Origin: Cyanidioschyzon merolae
Taxonomy: Eukaryota
Assembly (NCBI GenBank): GCA_000091205.1
Contig: AP006499.2
Length of the DNA stretch: 64,000 nucleotides
Reading direction: 5' to 3' (one strand)
A program made the translations under genes and the position numbers. The notes beneath the pieces were generated by a model that was given only the letters and a program-made list of their open reading frames with translations, was not told the DNA's origin and did no database searches. The stretch's first letter is position 1, and each line of letters opens with the position of its first letter. Positions 10,861-23,054 of the stretch are shown here, in pieces.

Positions 10861-12156
10861 TCGTAGTCAAACCATGTGGGCTCACCAACGCATGGGTACT
10901 TTTAACAACATCAAGCGTTGTTTTGGGACGGCCTCTTCCACTCCTTGCCGCTGGATTTCGTTACCTCACCGCCACCAAGATGAGTCGTGACGCCCGCTAC
11001 AAAGCGCTCCTAAAATAACCGATACCACTATGCAGCGCATTCATAAACCACTGCGCGCTTCTCCTTTTCTTACGAACAGCACGCTCAAATACCCCATTCA
11101 TCTGGCTCTCCGTCTAGCGGTTCCATGGCAGCTCGTGGGCGCACCAGATCGCGCCCCTATATCGCGACGACGAACACCCGACGTCGGCCGTTCACGAGTG
11201 TTCTCAGACACTCATGCCGAAAGCCCAACGGGGTTCTCACGTCAAATACTCCTCTCCGCTCTCATCGCACGCCCCCCTCTCTTCGCGCCCGTCGACGAGC
11301 CGGCACTCAACAGCGACACCGTATGTCTCTCCAGCTGCAGGCTCGCTACGGCTCCCGCGTCTCCCGTTTCCATGGGAAAGGGGCCTTGGACGCGGGCGCG
11401 CGCCGTCGCAGCGGCCGCCTCCAGCAGAGTTTGCGTCACCGCTCTGCACAGCGGGAGCGTAGACGGATCGAACCAGCTGGGCTGGATATCTCCAGCGCGG
11501 ATCTCCCTCTTGGTGCCCCGCCTCATCGTGGTCAGCATTGCGTTGCACGGATTCTCCCGCGGACTGGACAGCGTGCGCGTGCGCATGCGCCCGCCCAGAA
11601 TACGCGCCGTGCGGATCGCCCCGAGCGAGCCCGGGGTCTGTCGGTACCGCACGAGACGCCGAGACGGAACGAGGGCGTCGAGGCGACCCTTCTGCATCCG
11701 CCAACGACATGTATCGGGCGACGAGGGAGGCCCTCACGCGCCATGGAGCGGCCCTCGGTGGAGGAGCTTTGTCGGACATGTTGTCACACCTTACCACAGC
11801 CGATCATGGCAGCTACGTTGTGCGTCTCGAGGCTGTACACAGCGAAGATGGCAATGGCAAGCAAAGCATATATCGTGACGACCGCCTCTGGATGAAATGT
11901 TTCAAGAACACCTGGTGGCAGCGAAATCGGGACTTGAACACTGCCATCAGCATCCTTCAACAGTCGACAACGGACTCCGAGGGAGCGGAGCGTCCAGCAC
12001 GCTGACTGGCGGACATAAGAAAGGAAAACGGAGCATTTGCAGAAAGAGTCTGCGAGGGCTGGTGTGCATGACAGTACGATGAAATCCAAACCTGTGCGAG
12101 TACGCCCGTGTCAGGATGCCTGTTCCATTTCATCCCGACATGCGTGTTGAACGCAG
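10861..12156. repeat. Direct repeat R2 (1296 bp), partner of R1
   Basis: See R1. The E-family module lies at 11784-12156 (-). Confidence 0.85.
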
Positions 12157-13024
12157 CAGCAGATTCGTGCCCCATGTGCAGCGCATGATGGAGCCCTCGC
12201 CTCGTGCTCTATAGCGCCCAGCATAACTACCTTCGAAAAACGGCCGTAACCCGTAAAGAAAGCGAAGATTCCTGGGATCTGCACATAATAACGAGCGGCG
12301 ACAACAAGGATTCAAGGAAAATCGGGCCAATGGCTCGCTCTTGTGTACAGGAGACGCGCAAATCTGTCTGGATTTTATGCAAAGCGCAGAATACATGGAT
12401 GTCGTGCACAGGAGACGGATAACTTTCTGTAGCTTTGACGCAAAGCGCAGCATAACTGGATCCTGGGCAATAATAACGCACAATTGAGTTTTTCTCAATA
12501 CGCTCACGCTGAAAGCAAGGACACAGAGGAAAACACAAGACCTTACTCCAGGACGCGTCCCCCGCCAAAAAAATACGGCCTCGCCAGTCACCGGGCTCTT
12601 TTTCAGCGGTTCGCCAGCCCAGTTTCGCCTTGGCGCTCCCCGCAGAGCAGTATCGGAGCTACAATCCCCAGCGACATCGCTAGCACGTGTCCCGGCGCTG
12701 GGATGCGAATCCCGCCAATTGGCGGCTGCACCGAGTCGTGTGCTGATCGCGCAGCGTGATGCACTCAGCGCCGCCGTCGTCGCCGGCGCCGGCGCCGGCG
12801 CCGCCGCATAAGGGCAACCGGACAATCCGCCAGCCACGACACGGCAGCGGCCGGACGTCGGGTGCCGCCAAAGCCTTAGAACGTACACCGTTTCTGCTCG
12901 CGTAACTGAAGGGCCTGGACGCCACGCTCAAAGGGTGTGCGTTGTCGATCTCGTGCTTCTTTCCATAATACGGACGAAACGTTGAAAAACAAAGTTTTTG
13001 TAGTTGAGTGGAGACCCCGAAAAC

Positions 13025-13534
13025 ATGATCGTGTGGAAAGACGTTTTCACTAAAGACGAACTGCTCTCTGATGGAATGAAAAACGTTCGGGAGCTGGAGA
13101 ACGGCCTTCTCCTGGCTTGCGATTCGTACAATGTGACGCTAGGCGGAGGCGACTATGGAATCGCGAACAACGACGAAGAAGCTATGGGGGCAGGCGGCGA
13201 CACTGCGGGCGCAGAGTCGGTGAACGTGGTGGTGGACGCTTTCAAGTTGCAGAACATTCAGCTGCCACGGAAGGATTTTCAGGTGTACATCAAGAAGTAT
13301 TCAAAACGGTTGAAGGAATACCTTGAGAACGAGAATCCATCTAGAGTGGCGGCGTTCATGGAAGGAATGAAGGAATGGGTACCGAAGATGCTCAAGGAGT
13401 TCGACGAGTACGAGTTTTATATGGGCCCTTCCTGCGATCCCGACGCATTACTGGTTCTCGCGAAATACGAAGGCGAAAGTCACTACCCGACTTTTCTGTA
13501 TCTCAAGGATGGGCTTGCTGAAGAGAAGTTTTAG
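13025..13534 (+). CDS. TCTP: Translationally controlled tumour protein (TCTP) homologue
   Basis: ATG at 13025. MIVWKDVFTKDELLSDG...FQVYIKKYSKRLKEYLENENPSRVAAFMEGMKEWVPKMLKEFDEYEFYMGPSCDPDALLVLAKYEGESHYPTFLYLKDGLAEEKF aligns along the full length of TCTP. Confidence 0.85.
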   Translation: MIVWKDVFTKDELLSDGMKNVRELENGLLLACDSYNVTLGGGDYGIANNDEEAMGAGGDTAGAESVNVVVDAFKLQNIQLPRKDFQVYIKKYSKRLKEYLENENPSRVAAFMEGMKEWVPKMLKEFDEYEFYMGPSCDPDALLVLAKYEGESHYPTFLYLKDGLAEEKF

Positions 13535-13629
13535 AACAGAACAGAAACACTCATTTCAGTTTAATCTGCAGGTTAAATACGACCAATGGATACCTGGGGA
13601 TTTAAGACCGCTCGTGACCAACAGTGCGG

Positions 13630-14622
13630 TCATGCGAGGTTGCCTTCGGGCTCTGGCTCTTGTTCACGATGCTCGGCAAACTCATGAGGATCAAATTCTG
13701 GCGGGGGCGATGCACCCCCGGCAACAGAGTGATCAACGCTATCCGAGAGGGGGCTCGCATCCGCCGAAAACCGTGACGGCGTCTTTGACGTCGGGCTCTG
13801 CATACGCTGACTTGTGCGCTCACCCGAGGTGTTCACCTGAGAGCTTTCAGTCCAATCAATCTTTTGACTGGTGAGGCTTCCATGTTCAGTCATAATATCT
13901 TGCAGTTCTCTGTCTTGTTCAATAAGCGGCTCGAATTTCAATGCTGCCAGTTGGTTAGAGATATAAACAATGAGGGCCCTTGAGAACACAACATCCTTGT
14001 TGCGTTCGAGCATTTCAACACCAAGCTGGAGAGAGTTGCAGGCGTCCTCTGCAGACTGTCTGGATTCAAGGAGTTTCAGACGGTTGCGTTCCAAACGCGC
14101 GTCCGAATCCTGCTTTTGCGCTGCTTCGAGCTTCTCGACTTTGGTTAAATAATAGTTGACCTCTCTCAGGCGCTCCTCATACACGTGTGCTCGTTTTCTC
14201 ATCTCTTTGCACTTTTCGAGGAACTCGTCAACTTGCGCTAAGACGCTCTGGACCCCCTCCGGTGTCGGTTTACTCTCGTTCTGGCGGTAACCCGTTGGCG
14301 GTGGGCGAAGAAGACCAATCTTACACATGTGTTGTTCCAGTGCCGAGACAACGTTCGCAGTATCTGTTGCGGTGCTGTAAAATGGGTGCGTAGCTTCGAA
14401 CATAGTCTGTATTGAGCCGGTGGCATCACTCATGTTCGCCAGCAGGCTCTTCCAGGCGTTCTCGTTCGCAGCTAGCACGGCTCGTACTCGTTGGGCCCGA
14501 CGCTCCAGGCTGTCCAGTACGTCCATCGCAGCCTCGTACCGAGTTTCGGGCGCACTCGCCGGCCCCCTGCGAAGTACAGCGTCTTTCGAGCTCTTTAAGC
14601 TTAACTTAACGCGGTGAAGCAT
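13630..14622 (-). CDS. Hypothetical coiled-coil protein (330 aa), possibly BAR-domain-like
   Basis: True ATG at 14622-14620. Long heptad-like helices (LREVNYYLTKVEKLEAAQKQDSDARLERNRLKLLESRQSAEDACNSLQLGVEMLERNKD) and an acidic C-terminus. No confident family assignment from sequence alone. Confidence 0.4.
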   Translation of the reverse strand: MLHRVKLSLKSSKDAVLRRGPASAPETRYEAAMDVLDSLERRAQRVRAVLAANENAWKSLLANMSDATGSIQTMFEATHPFYSTATDTANVVSALEQHMCKIGLLRPPPTGYRQNESKPTPEGVQSVLAQVDEFLEKCKEMRKRAHVYEERLREVNYYLTKVEKLEAAQKQDSDARLERNRLKLLESRQSAEDACNSLQLGVEMLERNKDVVFSRALIVYISNQLAALKFEPLIEQDRELQDIMTEHGSLTSQKIDWTESSQVNTSGERTSQRMQSPTSKTPSRFSADASPLSDSVDHSVAGGASPPPEFDPHEFAEHREQEPEPEGNLA

Positions 14623-15138
14623 GGTTGCGGTCGCTGAGAGGCAGAAGCTTATAATAGCGATGGTTCATTTGCGCCGATCATGAATACATCACGTACAAGT
14701 GCCGTTTTGTCCAGTATTCCCTGGATCATTCCCGAAGGCTGTAACGCAGGACACGTGGCTGCACCGCGGCATCTCGTTCCGGAACGTGCGTAGACGGACG
14801 CCGCGGCCCCTGGGTGTCCGATCATCCGGTGGCGTTCGGCGATGCACCGATGCTGCGGAAACCACGAGTTGATCAGCGAGCGGCTCGAATGCCGAGGTGC
14901 CTCGTCAACGCGCGACGCCAACATCCCCCAAAATACGATATTTCGCGATCGCGACCTGTGGAAACGCCGTTCATGCAGGGGGTTGTCGGCGATGCCGCGC
15001 CAGGCGCAGGCGCACGTGTGGCGCTGCTCAACCAGCCCGAGTCTTTGCGTAGCCAAGGCAAAACATGAAACATGAAAATCACGTTGGGGGCGCTCGACCC
15101 TGAGTCTGGATTTCTGAGCAGCGGATGATACCAGGGCG

Positions 15139-16640
15139 TGCGCCACTACATCCATGTCAGAATAAAATTGAAGAGGTCCACTTAGCCGACATGGGTGCAA
15201 ACATCAGAATCATTTCAGAGTAAAACAGAATAGGTTCATCGCGCAAGCTTGGATCCGCACTCGCTATGGTTACGGCTCTTCCTAATGGCATCAACGCGTG
15301 CCTTTAGAGGCTTTTTCTATGACAGCTTCCCTTTACGCTCTTGTATCTCGGGCTCTATACAGGCCGACCTCCGCTTTCCGTCGAGCTCTGTTGCCAGCAG
15401 TCGGAGGATATTTATGGCAACATATTCGTTTGGATTCCGCCGTTTCCGGCTGCAGCAGACGCATTTCACGCACAGAGTGAAGATGAGATCTACGTTTCTC
15501 TTGCCATTTTCATACTCTTTGCACAAGGCCTCGATACGGTATTCGTAACCTTCAGAATTGCCACTGTTAACGTGTTTCAGTGTGTCCAACACAACTTCTC
15601 CTTCGAGGGCTAGCCTATGACGTATGAACGCTTACTTCATCGCTCGGTGCATGCCCTTGACAGGTACATAAGGTTCACCGCCCCGCTCCGATGTTCTCCT
15701 CGGTTTTCGCGCCCGGTACAGTTCCTTACGATCGCGGACCTCTTGTGAGCGATTCTCGCGGTGAGGGCACTGCACGCTGCTCGTGCAAGCCCAAACTGTT
15801 GTGTTTCAAACATGGATTGTGGAACACGATATTGTCCATGATCAAACAAGTATCGAAAGGAAAATTTAGGCTGGAGGGGAATTCGAGCTGTGTCGGTCCC
15901 TCTACGCTCGCTTCGTGCACAGCGGTGACGCATTCTCTAGTCAAAGCAATCACTGGAATGACTCAAGTCCGAGTCCAAGACGATTCTTCGTGTAAGAAGA
16001 ACAGACGGCAGCCGATGGGAGCGTATTCCTTGGTAGGTATCATGCTGCTGCCGTCGAATAGTGTTTCGTCGATGGACACCAAGAGCGGAGGGTTTGTCTT
16101 TCGAACGAAGTCCAGGATTTGATGTGAAAGGTTCGAAAAACAAGTGGCATGAGCTTTTTAACGACTGGTCAAGGGAGGCTGCCGCGTTTTTTCCTTCCTC
16201 AATCTAGCTACCCGAATTGATACCCCCACGAGTCGCGTTGAAAAGTGACCATCGAAACCTTGAAGAATGCGTTATTTGAGGACGTTACGCATATGGAAAT
16301 GAGCCGACTGGAGGGATGGACGTATGAATCGGATCATGACATCGGAATTTTACGAATACATTGTCGATGGGATCGCGAATCATTTCGATTCACGTGGCGG
16401 AACGAACTCAAGCGACAGAGAGTTTGAGGAGCCACTCCAAAATGACCGCCGAAAGTCCTGAAACTTCGAATGAATCCTCAAGTCCTTGCTGCCGCACTTC
16501 GAATGTCGAGGCTGTACTTCAGAAAACCATTCGAAAGAATCGAAATTATCTGAAGAGAGCGAGAAGCTGAGTGTTGCAATCAATTCTGAAACAGGTTTAG
16601 GAATCTTCTCTTCGGTGCTGCGAACGAATATTCCTTATCT
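15139..16640 (+). repeat. Unclassified repeat family E, copy c (C/H-rich module plus downstream conserved segments)
   Basis: Homologous to 40450-41885 at the nt and aa level. The module at 15170-15613 and LWNTILSMIKQVSKGKF...VRVQD at 15691-16122 match KDLWNSMLSMVEQMLEGKF...VRVQE at 41064-41324. The motif TGCTGCCGCACTTCGAATGTCGAGGCTGTAC is shared. Confidence 0.55.
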
Positions 16641-18152
16641 GGAGCCTGTTGTGACGAGCGACTTTCCAGCATCCAAGAATGACGCTTGTCTGTTGGTGTC
16701 GCTGCAATAAATCTAGCTTTATGTTCATTCATCCTAGTTCACGAAGAAACATATAATTGAATTGAGGATCCTTTCCGATCAATGGGCCACAAGTTATCTT
16801 CGTGATGAATCTTTCTTCTAGAGGCCTCTGGCAAGATTCACCTGGAGACTCGGATATTTTGAACGGGAACGTCTCGCAATGACCATCTCAATTGCCACCA
16901 CTCAACTGCCCAACTCTTGCTCCGCGCCACGCTTTGGTGCCAGGACAGAATCCACGGCCCCCCGGGGCATACCATCAGATACTACCTATTCGACAACGCT
17001 TTCGTTGGGTAGGCTCGATGGATTAAAGCTGATGTTTTCGAGTGCGCGGAGCATGGCGGTTCGTAGGGCACAATCCTCATCTCAGCTGTGGATACAGCTA
17101 GCACCGCTTATACCATATATTTACGTGTACAATGTTCACCTCCGGAACAGCAGCATGATCGTTCCAGCGATACCTCGAGCGACGCATCTTCAGGGAGCAT
17201 TGCTTATGGCACTTGACGCGCCTCCGGGGTCACGCTGCACAGACAGGACGAATTTGCGATGTTTTTGCGGCAGTCAGCTCGAGACTTGCAATCATTTTTT
17301 GAATGATAGAGAGGAACTTCACCGTGAAATAGCGAGCTCGAGCTTACGACTATCCATCGCGTTGAAAGCCGATAGACATCTGATGTGCGAGCTCGTGCAC
17401 TAGATTCGCTGAAGGCAATTTTTTCCAGGAAACAATCATGTATCCAACCAGGATTGCTCTCGTGTGCGATGAGTTCATGCGACAGGGAAATGGATATCAC
17501 ACCGATCAGCGCACCTGAATTTTCCAAGAGCCTCAGAGGATTCTTCCCGTCGAAGCTGGCTGGTTGATGTCTCCACCGATATGAGTTTACCACCGGATGC
17601 CGGGCCTACCGAGGACACGCACTGAGATTCTGCATTTTCGGTAGCGACCCTCCCACAAAATGACCGGTTTCTTTTCGTGGCCATGTGGGCTCGCTACGGT
17701 GCAGAACGTTCTCGCTGAGCCTCAATCGCGAAGCAAGCATTGGTGCCTTGCTGGAGACGCGGTGCGCGCTCTGGGCGTCCACCTCAAACATTCGGAGCCA
17801 GACCTCTGCCAATTCATCATCGTCGCTACTCTGGAAAGTGCTCGAGCGATGCGCGACATGCGTGTGCTCCGAGCGCTCACGAAAGCTCGCGCGCTGAAAC
17901 GCAAACCTTTGCTCCTCTGGCCTGAAAGCCGGTTCTGAATACAGTCTCTACTGCATAGCGCTTGTAGCGGAGCCTCGACGGAGCTGTAAGAAAGGGCCCG
18001 CATTGTCGTTCCAGTCAAGGAGAGCATCATCTGCACAGAGACACAAGTTCAGCGCATAGTACGAGACATGCTCGAGGCAACTGCAACAGCGACAGCACAG
18101 CGGTGCTCCGCACGTGGACATGCAGCACACAAGGCCTTACAATACGCATATT

Positions 18153-19274
18153 TTAGAGCAGCCTGCCAATGAGGCGGCTGAGGAGTAGTCTGAGCTGAAT
18201 TCCGGGAGTCATAGGAAGCTGCAAACGGCGATCGAATGCGTCATAGCCCGAAGCACGTAATTTGCGCAGATAGTCCGCCGCCAAAACAGCTGGTAGAAAC
18301 GCTAATCGACACGAGCGGGGAATCCGCTTCCAGGTCTCTTTGTCTGAGCGAGCGCGCTCCAAATATTCTTCTGCCACAAGTGCAATCGACTGGAAGGCAC
18401 CCCGCCGATCCACGGAGGACTGGACCTGGAGGTTCACCAACTCCTTCGCGGAAATCTTCCAAGCTTCCATGACATCACGAGGCACATATGTCTGCAAGCG
18501 AGCTGCGTGATATGGTGCGCCTCGCAGAAGCGTTGCAAGACCCGCCGCCGTACCTACGTCCATAGCGACTCGATCCAGCAGCTGAGCTGTTTCGCGTTTG
18601 GGCGGCTCGCCGTTGGCCCCGACAGCATGCAAGATTCTCGCGTGCAGCGCAATACACGACCCGTGCGAAGCCTGGGTGTATTCTACCAGATCTTGGATTG
18701 TATGCGGCTGCGGATACTTTAGATCCTGCTCCCTTGCTGCAAATAGTGCTTCAAAAGGCTCTACAGGGAGCGCGAAACGTTGAATCGTTTCGCATAGAGC
18801 ACGCAGCGTCGGACTGGAGATCGAGGTACGAACACCAGTCTCCGCACTGCTTCCATCGTATATTCCGTGCACGGCATTGCGGAAGAAAGATAGACGGAGT
18901 CTTCCCATGTCCTCGTTAGAAACAGAGTCTTTGATTCGAGCGAGCTGCAGGTTGAACGCGAAGAGCGCCGCATGCGCACAACGTGCTCTCTGCTCCGCAT
19001 GAAGTACGTTGATCAAATAGGCTCCATACTCCATCTGTCGCAACTGTTGCAAGCAGTACTCATAATCTTGGCGTTGCGCCTCCAAAACTGTGGGAAACTT
19101 AGGCTCCCAACTCGTCGGGAAGGTATGAACGCTCATGCGGCCCGCGGTGAACGCGTGTGTTTCGGTGGTGCTTCCAGTCCGACAGCCCGTTTCTCCCTTT
19201 TCTAGACTTGATGGCTGCCTCGCCTCAAAGTCTTGAAGGTTCCGGTAACCTCCAGGCGTTCGCCATTGGTCCAT
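18153..19274 (-). CDS. NDUFAF6: NDUFAF6-like protein (squalene/phytoene synthase family; complex I assembly factor homologue)
   Basis: YCLQQLRQMEYGAYLINVLHAEQRARCAHAALFAFNLQLARIKDSVSNEDMGRLRLSFFRNAVHGIY matches the NDUFAF6 pattern. The ORF track starts at TTG 19331. The first ATG in frame is at 19274 (MDQWRTP...). Confidence 0.6.
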   Translation of the reverse strand: MDQWRTPGGYRNLQDFEARQPSSLEKGETGCRTGSTTETHAFTAGRMSVHTFPTSWEPKFPTVLEAQRQDYEYCLQQLRQMEYGAYLINVLHAEQRARCAHAALFAFNLQLARIKDSVSNEDMGRLRLSFFRNAVHGIYDGSSAETGVRTSISSPTLRALCETIQRFALPVEPFEALFAAREQDLKYPQPHTIQDLVEYTQASHGSCIALHARILHAVGANGEPPKRETAQLLDRVAMDVGTAAGLATLLRGAPYHAARLQTYVPRDVMEAWKISAKELVNLQVQSSVDRRGAFQSIALVAEEYLERARSDKETWKRIPRSCRLAFLPAVLAADYLRKLRASGYDAFDRRLQLPMTPGIQLRLLLSRLIGRLL

Positions 19275-19461
19275 GGAACCATTCTTTACGGGAACTTGCA
19301 AGGCTTTCGGCACCCCGCAGCTAGCACACAAGTGCAGGGACAGGCACTTAAGGCGCCGGAGGCGTGCGCGCGCGGCACTGCAGAGCGTTTCGGGGGAGCA
19401 GTCTCCGGCGCTCAGCAGCGAGACGGTGGGTCACCTGTAGAAAGCGTCGCCGATCTCAAGG

Positions 19462-19561
19462 ATGCCGAAGAACAAGGGCAAAGGAGGCAAAAACAGGAGA
19501 AGAGGGAAGAGCGATAATGACTCGATCAAGCGTGAGATAGTTTTCAAGGAGGACGGGCAAG
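19462..19561 (+). CDS. EIF1A: eIF1A exon 1 ([33 protein letters not shown] + 1 nt)
   Basis: ATG at 19462. The exon ends CAAG|GTAAGT. The phase-1 junction joins exon 2 to give ...[15 protein letters not shown], the canonical eIF1A N-terminus. Confidence 0.8.
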
Positions 19562-19818
19562 GTAAGTGACTGCGATGTAACCTGCTAGGGCAGTGTCGAG
19601 CACAGCTGCACGCTCGGTGTGGAATCAGCTCTGCGTGATGAAACTTTCGAGTCTCGAATCCTGAATGGCGAACCAACGTCTCTGAAGAATACTGAACCGA
19701 ATTCCTCGTTTCTGATTGGGCACTGTCTGAGCTTTGCGTGTCTGCGCACCGTAGACAGCGCTGCGTGCACTAGTTCCACGAACAACAACTAACCGTTTCG
19801 TTTTCGTATCGGTGACAG
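19562..19818 (+). other. eIF1A intron (257 nt, GTAAGT...ACAG)
   Basis: The donor is GTAAGTGA at 19562 and the acceptor is ggtgacAG at 19817-19818. The reading frame is restored across the junction. Confidence 0.8.
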
Positions 19819-20189
19819 AATATGGACAAGTTTTGCGCATGCTTGGCAACGGCCGGTGCGAAATCCACTGCTTCGATGGACAGAAGAGGCTTGGACATAT
19901 TAGAGGAAAGATGCGGAAGAAAGTGTGGGTAAATGCGGGCGATATCGTTCTGGTCGGTTTGCGGGATTTCCAAGACGACAAATGCGATATCATTCTCAAG
20001 TATTCTGCTGATGAGTCTCGTGCGCTCCAGCGCAAGGGCGAACTTCCGGATAACATTGTTCTGAATGAAGCAACGGATACTGGGGATGGAGCTGAAGTCG
20101 AGTTTGAGGTCGACTTTGACGAAGAGGAAGAGGTTGCGAAGCAGCCAGCACGCGGGGCCATGCCTGAACTCGACATCGATGACATTTAA
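19819..20189 (+). CDS. EIF1A: eIF1A exon 2 (S1-like OB domain and acidic tail, stop TAA)
   Basis: [62 protein letters not shown]...DFDEEEE...DIDDI. Confidence 0.85.
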
Positions 20190-21184
20190 TGGAGATCGAT
20201 TTGAACTCGGCCTTGTGCACAAGAACGGGATATGATTTGACGACATATCAGCTCCCTTGCGTCAGATCGTGGCCAACCCTACCGCCCTGGGCTGGCAGTG
20301 CGACCCGGGGCCATGCCGATCTCAGGTCGTGAGCCGTCGCCTCTACGCAAATCGTAAAATGCTGTGTGGCAGATGCCGGCCTGTGCGCCTATGCTTCAGA
20401 GTCCATAAACGTATACTCGACATGCGAAAAAGCCGTATTTTCCGAGTCCAGGGCCATGGGTGCAACCATGAAAGACTGAACACGAGCACCCGAAGGGGGC
20501 AGCAGCTAGCGCTCACGACCTACATTGACAGCTGTTTCAGTCACAGACACGAGTGCGGTGTTTTTTGCGTGGTTCAACAGCATCTCGCCCAGTTGGAAAA
20601 TAATGGACAAATTGCTGGCTACCAATGTCTTTGACTCGCACAGACGGCTACTTGCAATGCATTCCATCCTTCTAGGAAAAGGCCTACAGGTGGGTCGCAG
20701 CGATGCTCAAAGGCGCTGGCAACCCAACGTTGCGGTTTAGAAGGTAGTTCGCGTTTTTTAGCAGAGCGATGATAGTACGAATATTTTTCCCCGCTGCAGC
20801 ATAAGCATGGTCCGAAGCCACTCGCTGACTACAGAAGCACAGACTTTACAGTGCCGGAACTGAGTTTTGCACGACACGGAAGCGCCGCACTGCTCTGGGC
20901 TGGTGACACTTGGAGCCTTCAGCGCAGGATCTGGGGTCTCGTTGCCGGCTGCTGGTCGGGGTCGCGCATCCCGGGTCAGTCAACGGCGACGGGTCCGATC
21001 CGTTGCAACACTGGGGAAACGCGTGCGCGAGCCCACGCAGAAGCATTGCACCCAAGATCTGTACATGGGCGGAAGAAGTGGACATTGTGCCCGTGCGCCG
21101 TCGGCGTCGCCACGCACGCGAATGCTCCCGGATACTTTTTGCTCATCATTGAACGTCGTTTCTGTCGCGGCTAGCACTGCATCA

Positions 21185-21340
21185 ATGCCTTCTCATAAAA
21201 CTTTCAAGATAAAGATCAAGCTCGCGAAGAAGGCGAAGCAGAATCGTCCGGTTCCTGTATGGTTTCGGTACAAAAAGGACACAAAGATCAGGTACAACAA
21301 CAAAAGAAGGCACTGGCGGCGAACGAAGCTGAACTTTTGA
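21185..21340 (+). CDS. RPL39: 60S ribosomal protein eL39 (51 aa)
   Basis: [51 protein letters not shown] embedded in the longer artefactual ORF 20867-21340. The ATG is at 21185. Confidence 0.85.
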   Translation: MPSHKTFKIKIKLAKKAKQNRPVPVWFRYKKDTKIRYNNKRRHWRRTKLNF

Positions 21341-21643
21341 AGCGCAGTACTTGCGAGCAACGCCGTGTACGTCGTCGTGTTTACCGGCGGCTCTGGTAGC
21401 TCAATGTTTCCGAGGAACGCATCGCAAGCTACTGAACGGCAACGGTGCGCTGCTTGAAGGCGATGCGAAGTGTAAACCCGGGTCGGGGAAATAGATCTTT
21501 GGAGCTATCGAAACCAGAGCGCTGGTTGCCCGTGCACCTGAGCAAGTAAAGTTCAATAAGATACCGTGAATACCTTTGATGCAGCTTCTTACGATTAGCA
21601 AGGTTTTAGGCGCTGCAGAGTGACCAGTGTGTTGCGACTAGCG

Positions 21644-22510
21644 TTACAATTCCCAAGGGGTGTCTAGCTTGGACTCTTTCGGTGACGAGGCGCCTCGCGG
21701 CATAGTCGGCCCTCGAGCGGAGAGCGGGGTTTGTCTGTTCGGGGCTTCTCGTACACCAATGACAGCGTCGTTCAGATAAACCTGACTGTCGTCATCTGCC
21801 CCGCTCGGTGCGTGCTTTTCATTCTTCGAATAGCTCGGCCAGTCATATTTTTCCTTGAGCAGCAGCAAATGCTTGTAGACGACATTCCATTTGCGTTCCT
21901 GGCCATTGGGAAGACGGGCTTGTACCTCTTTCGCGATCTGAACTTTGCTACGGATCCTTGGAGCAAGCTCATGGTAAACCTCGCTGAATATCGCATCCTC
22001 CGCTTCAGTGAACCGTAAACGATGCGCTTTGCTGTTGACTGGGACACCGGTCTCGCGGGAGCCGCTGCGCGCTGCCGCATGGCCGTTATAAGTGCGAGCT
22101 TCGCGCTGCTCGACACCGTAGCTCGAGGCCTCTTGGACCTCTCTGAAACCAACTGGGCTGGCGGCTAACGCTCTCTTGGCCGATAACTTTCCGAGTTCGA
22201 TGTTTTCGGATAGTGTTTCAGGTGTCGAGCCCACCTGAACAGTTTCGTTTTCGAGTGTCCCTTGGTGAGTCGGAGCCCCAGTAGAAAGCGTCTCAATCAT
22301 GAACTGGGCTGAAGCAATACTTGCTTGCGCAGCGCTGAGCACAGAAGGCGCGTACTCTGCAGCCCATTCACGGAGCGTCTGCTGTGATTCCAGTGTAACG
22401 GAGAGTTGCCTTAAGTAGTCTAGTTTCTCCCGGAGTGTAGCGGTAGCTGCGAGCAGTTCAGAGAACAGAAGGTTCCATGCCTCTGGCGGAGCGCCTCGCT
22501 CTTGATTCAT
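21644..22510 (-). CDS. Hypothetical protein (about 288 aa), possible SANT/Myb-like helical C-terminal region
   Basis: First ATG at 22510 (MNQERGAPPEAW...). The C-terminus is RFTEAEDAIFSEVYHELAPRIRSKVQIAKEVQARLPNGQERKWNVVYKHLLLLKEKYDWP. The assignment is weak. Confidence 0.35.
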   Translation of the reverse strand: MNQERGAPPEAWNLLFSELLAATATLREKLDYLRQLSVTLESQQTLREWAAEYAPSVLSAAQASIASAQFMIETLSTGAPTHQGTLENETVQVGSTPETLSENIELGKLSAKRALAASPVGFREVQEASSYGVEQREARTYNGHAAARSGSRETGVPVNSKAHRLRFTEAEDAIFSEVYHELAPRIRSKVQIAKEVQARLPNGQERKWNVVYKHLLLLKEKYDWPSYSKNEKHAPSGADDDSQVYLNDAVIGVREAPNRQTPLSARGPTMPRGASSPKESKLDTPWEL

Positions 22511-23054
22511 AAGAGCAACACACCCCACTGTCCAAAGTCTCCTGTTGATTAGTTACTCGTGAAACACAGAGAGGACCATCCGCCCTGAGAAACCAGAACG
22601 CAAAGCCGCTACTGTGCTGGGCGCTCAACAAAACGGTGGCGCACGCGCATCAGTGACGTGTGTTTCCCGGTGCGACGTTGCGCGGTATTTAGTGCAGAGC
22701 GGTCGAGCTTCGGTAACACAACTGTCTTATCTATGAGGACACTCGCATTCTATGCTGGGAGCGCCCAGAAGCGCACTTCTCGTCTGAACCGGACGTAAGG
22801 GCATATGGTGTTGTATCGTCTGGTGCGCTGCGGTCGATAGTGCGCTTGACGGCGTTGGACGATGTAAGGCGCACTTGAACGTGCCTGGTCGCGGTTTCGA
22901 CTGTCGACTCAGCCTCTATAACGTCTAGGCGTTTTCTCTTGTTTTGTAAGTCGCGGAAAACGTACAATAGACAACGCAGCTCCATAGCACAATACACACA
23001 AATTAGTCGAGCGCACGGTGGGAGGTCGGTTGCGTCTCGACGGCAGCGAGCAGG

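Noticed and set aside
12130-12888. 252-aa minus-strand ORF in a GC-rich tract containing a (GCCGGC)n microsatellite
   Set aside because: The translation is Ala/Pro/Gly/Arg-rich, low-complexity, and overlaps the simple repeat. It is judged a GC-composition artefact.
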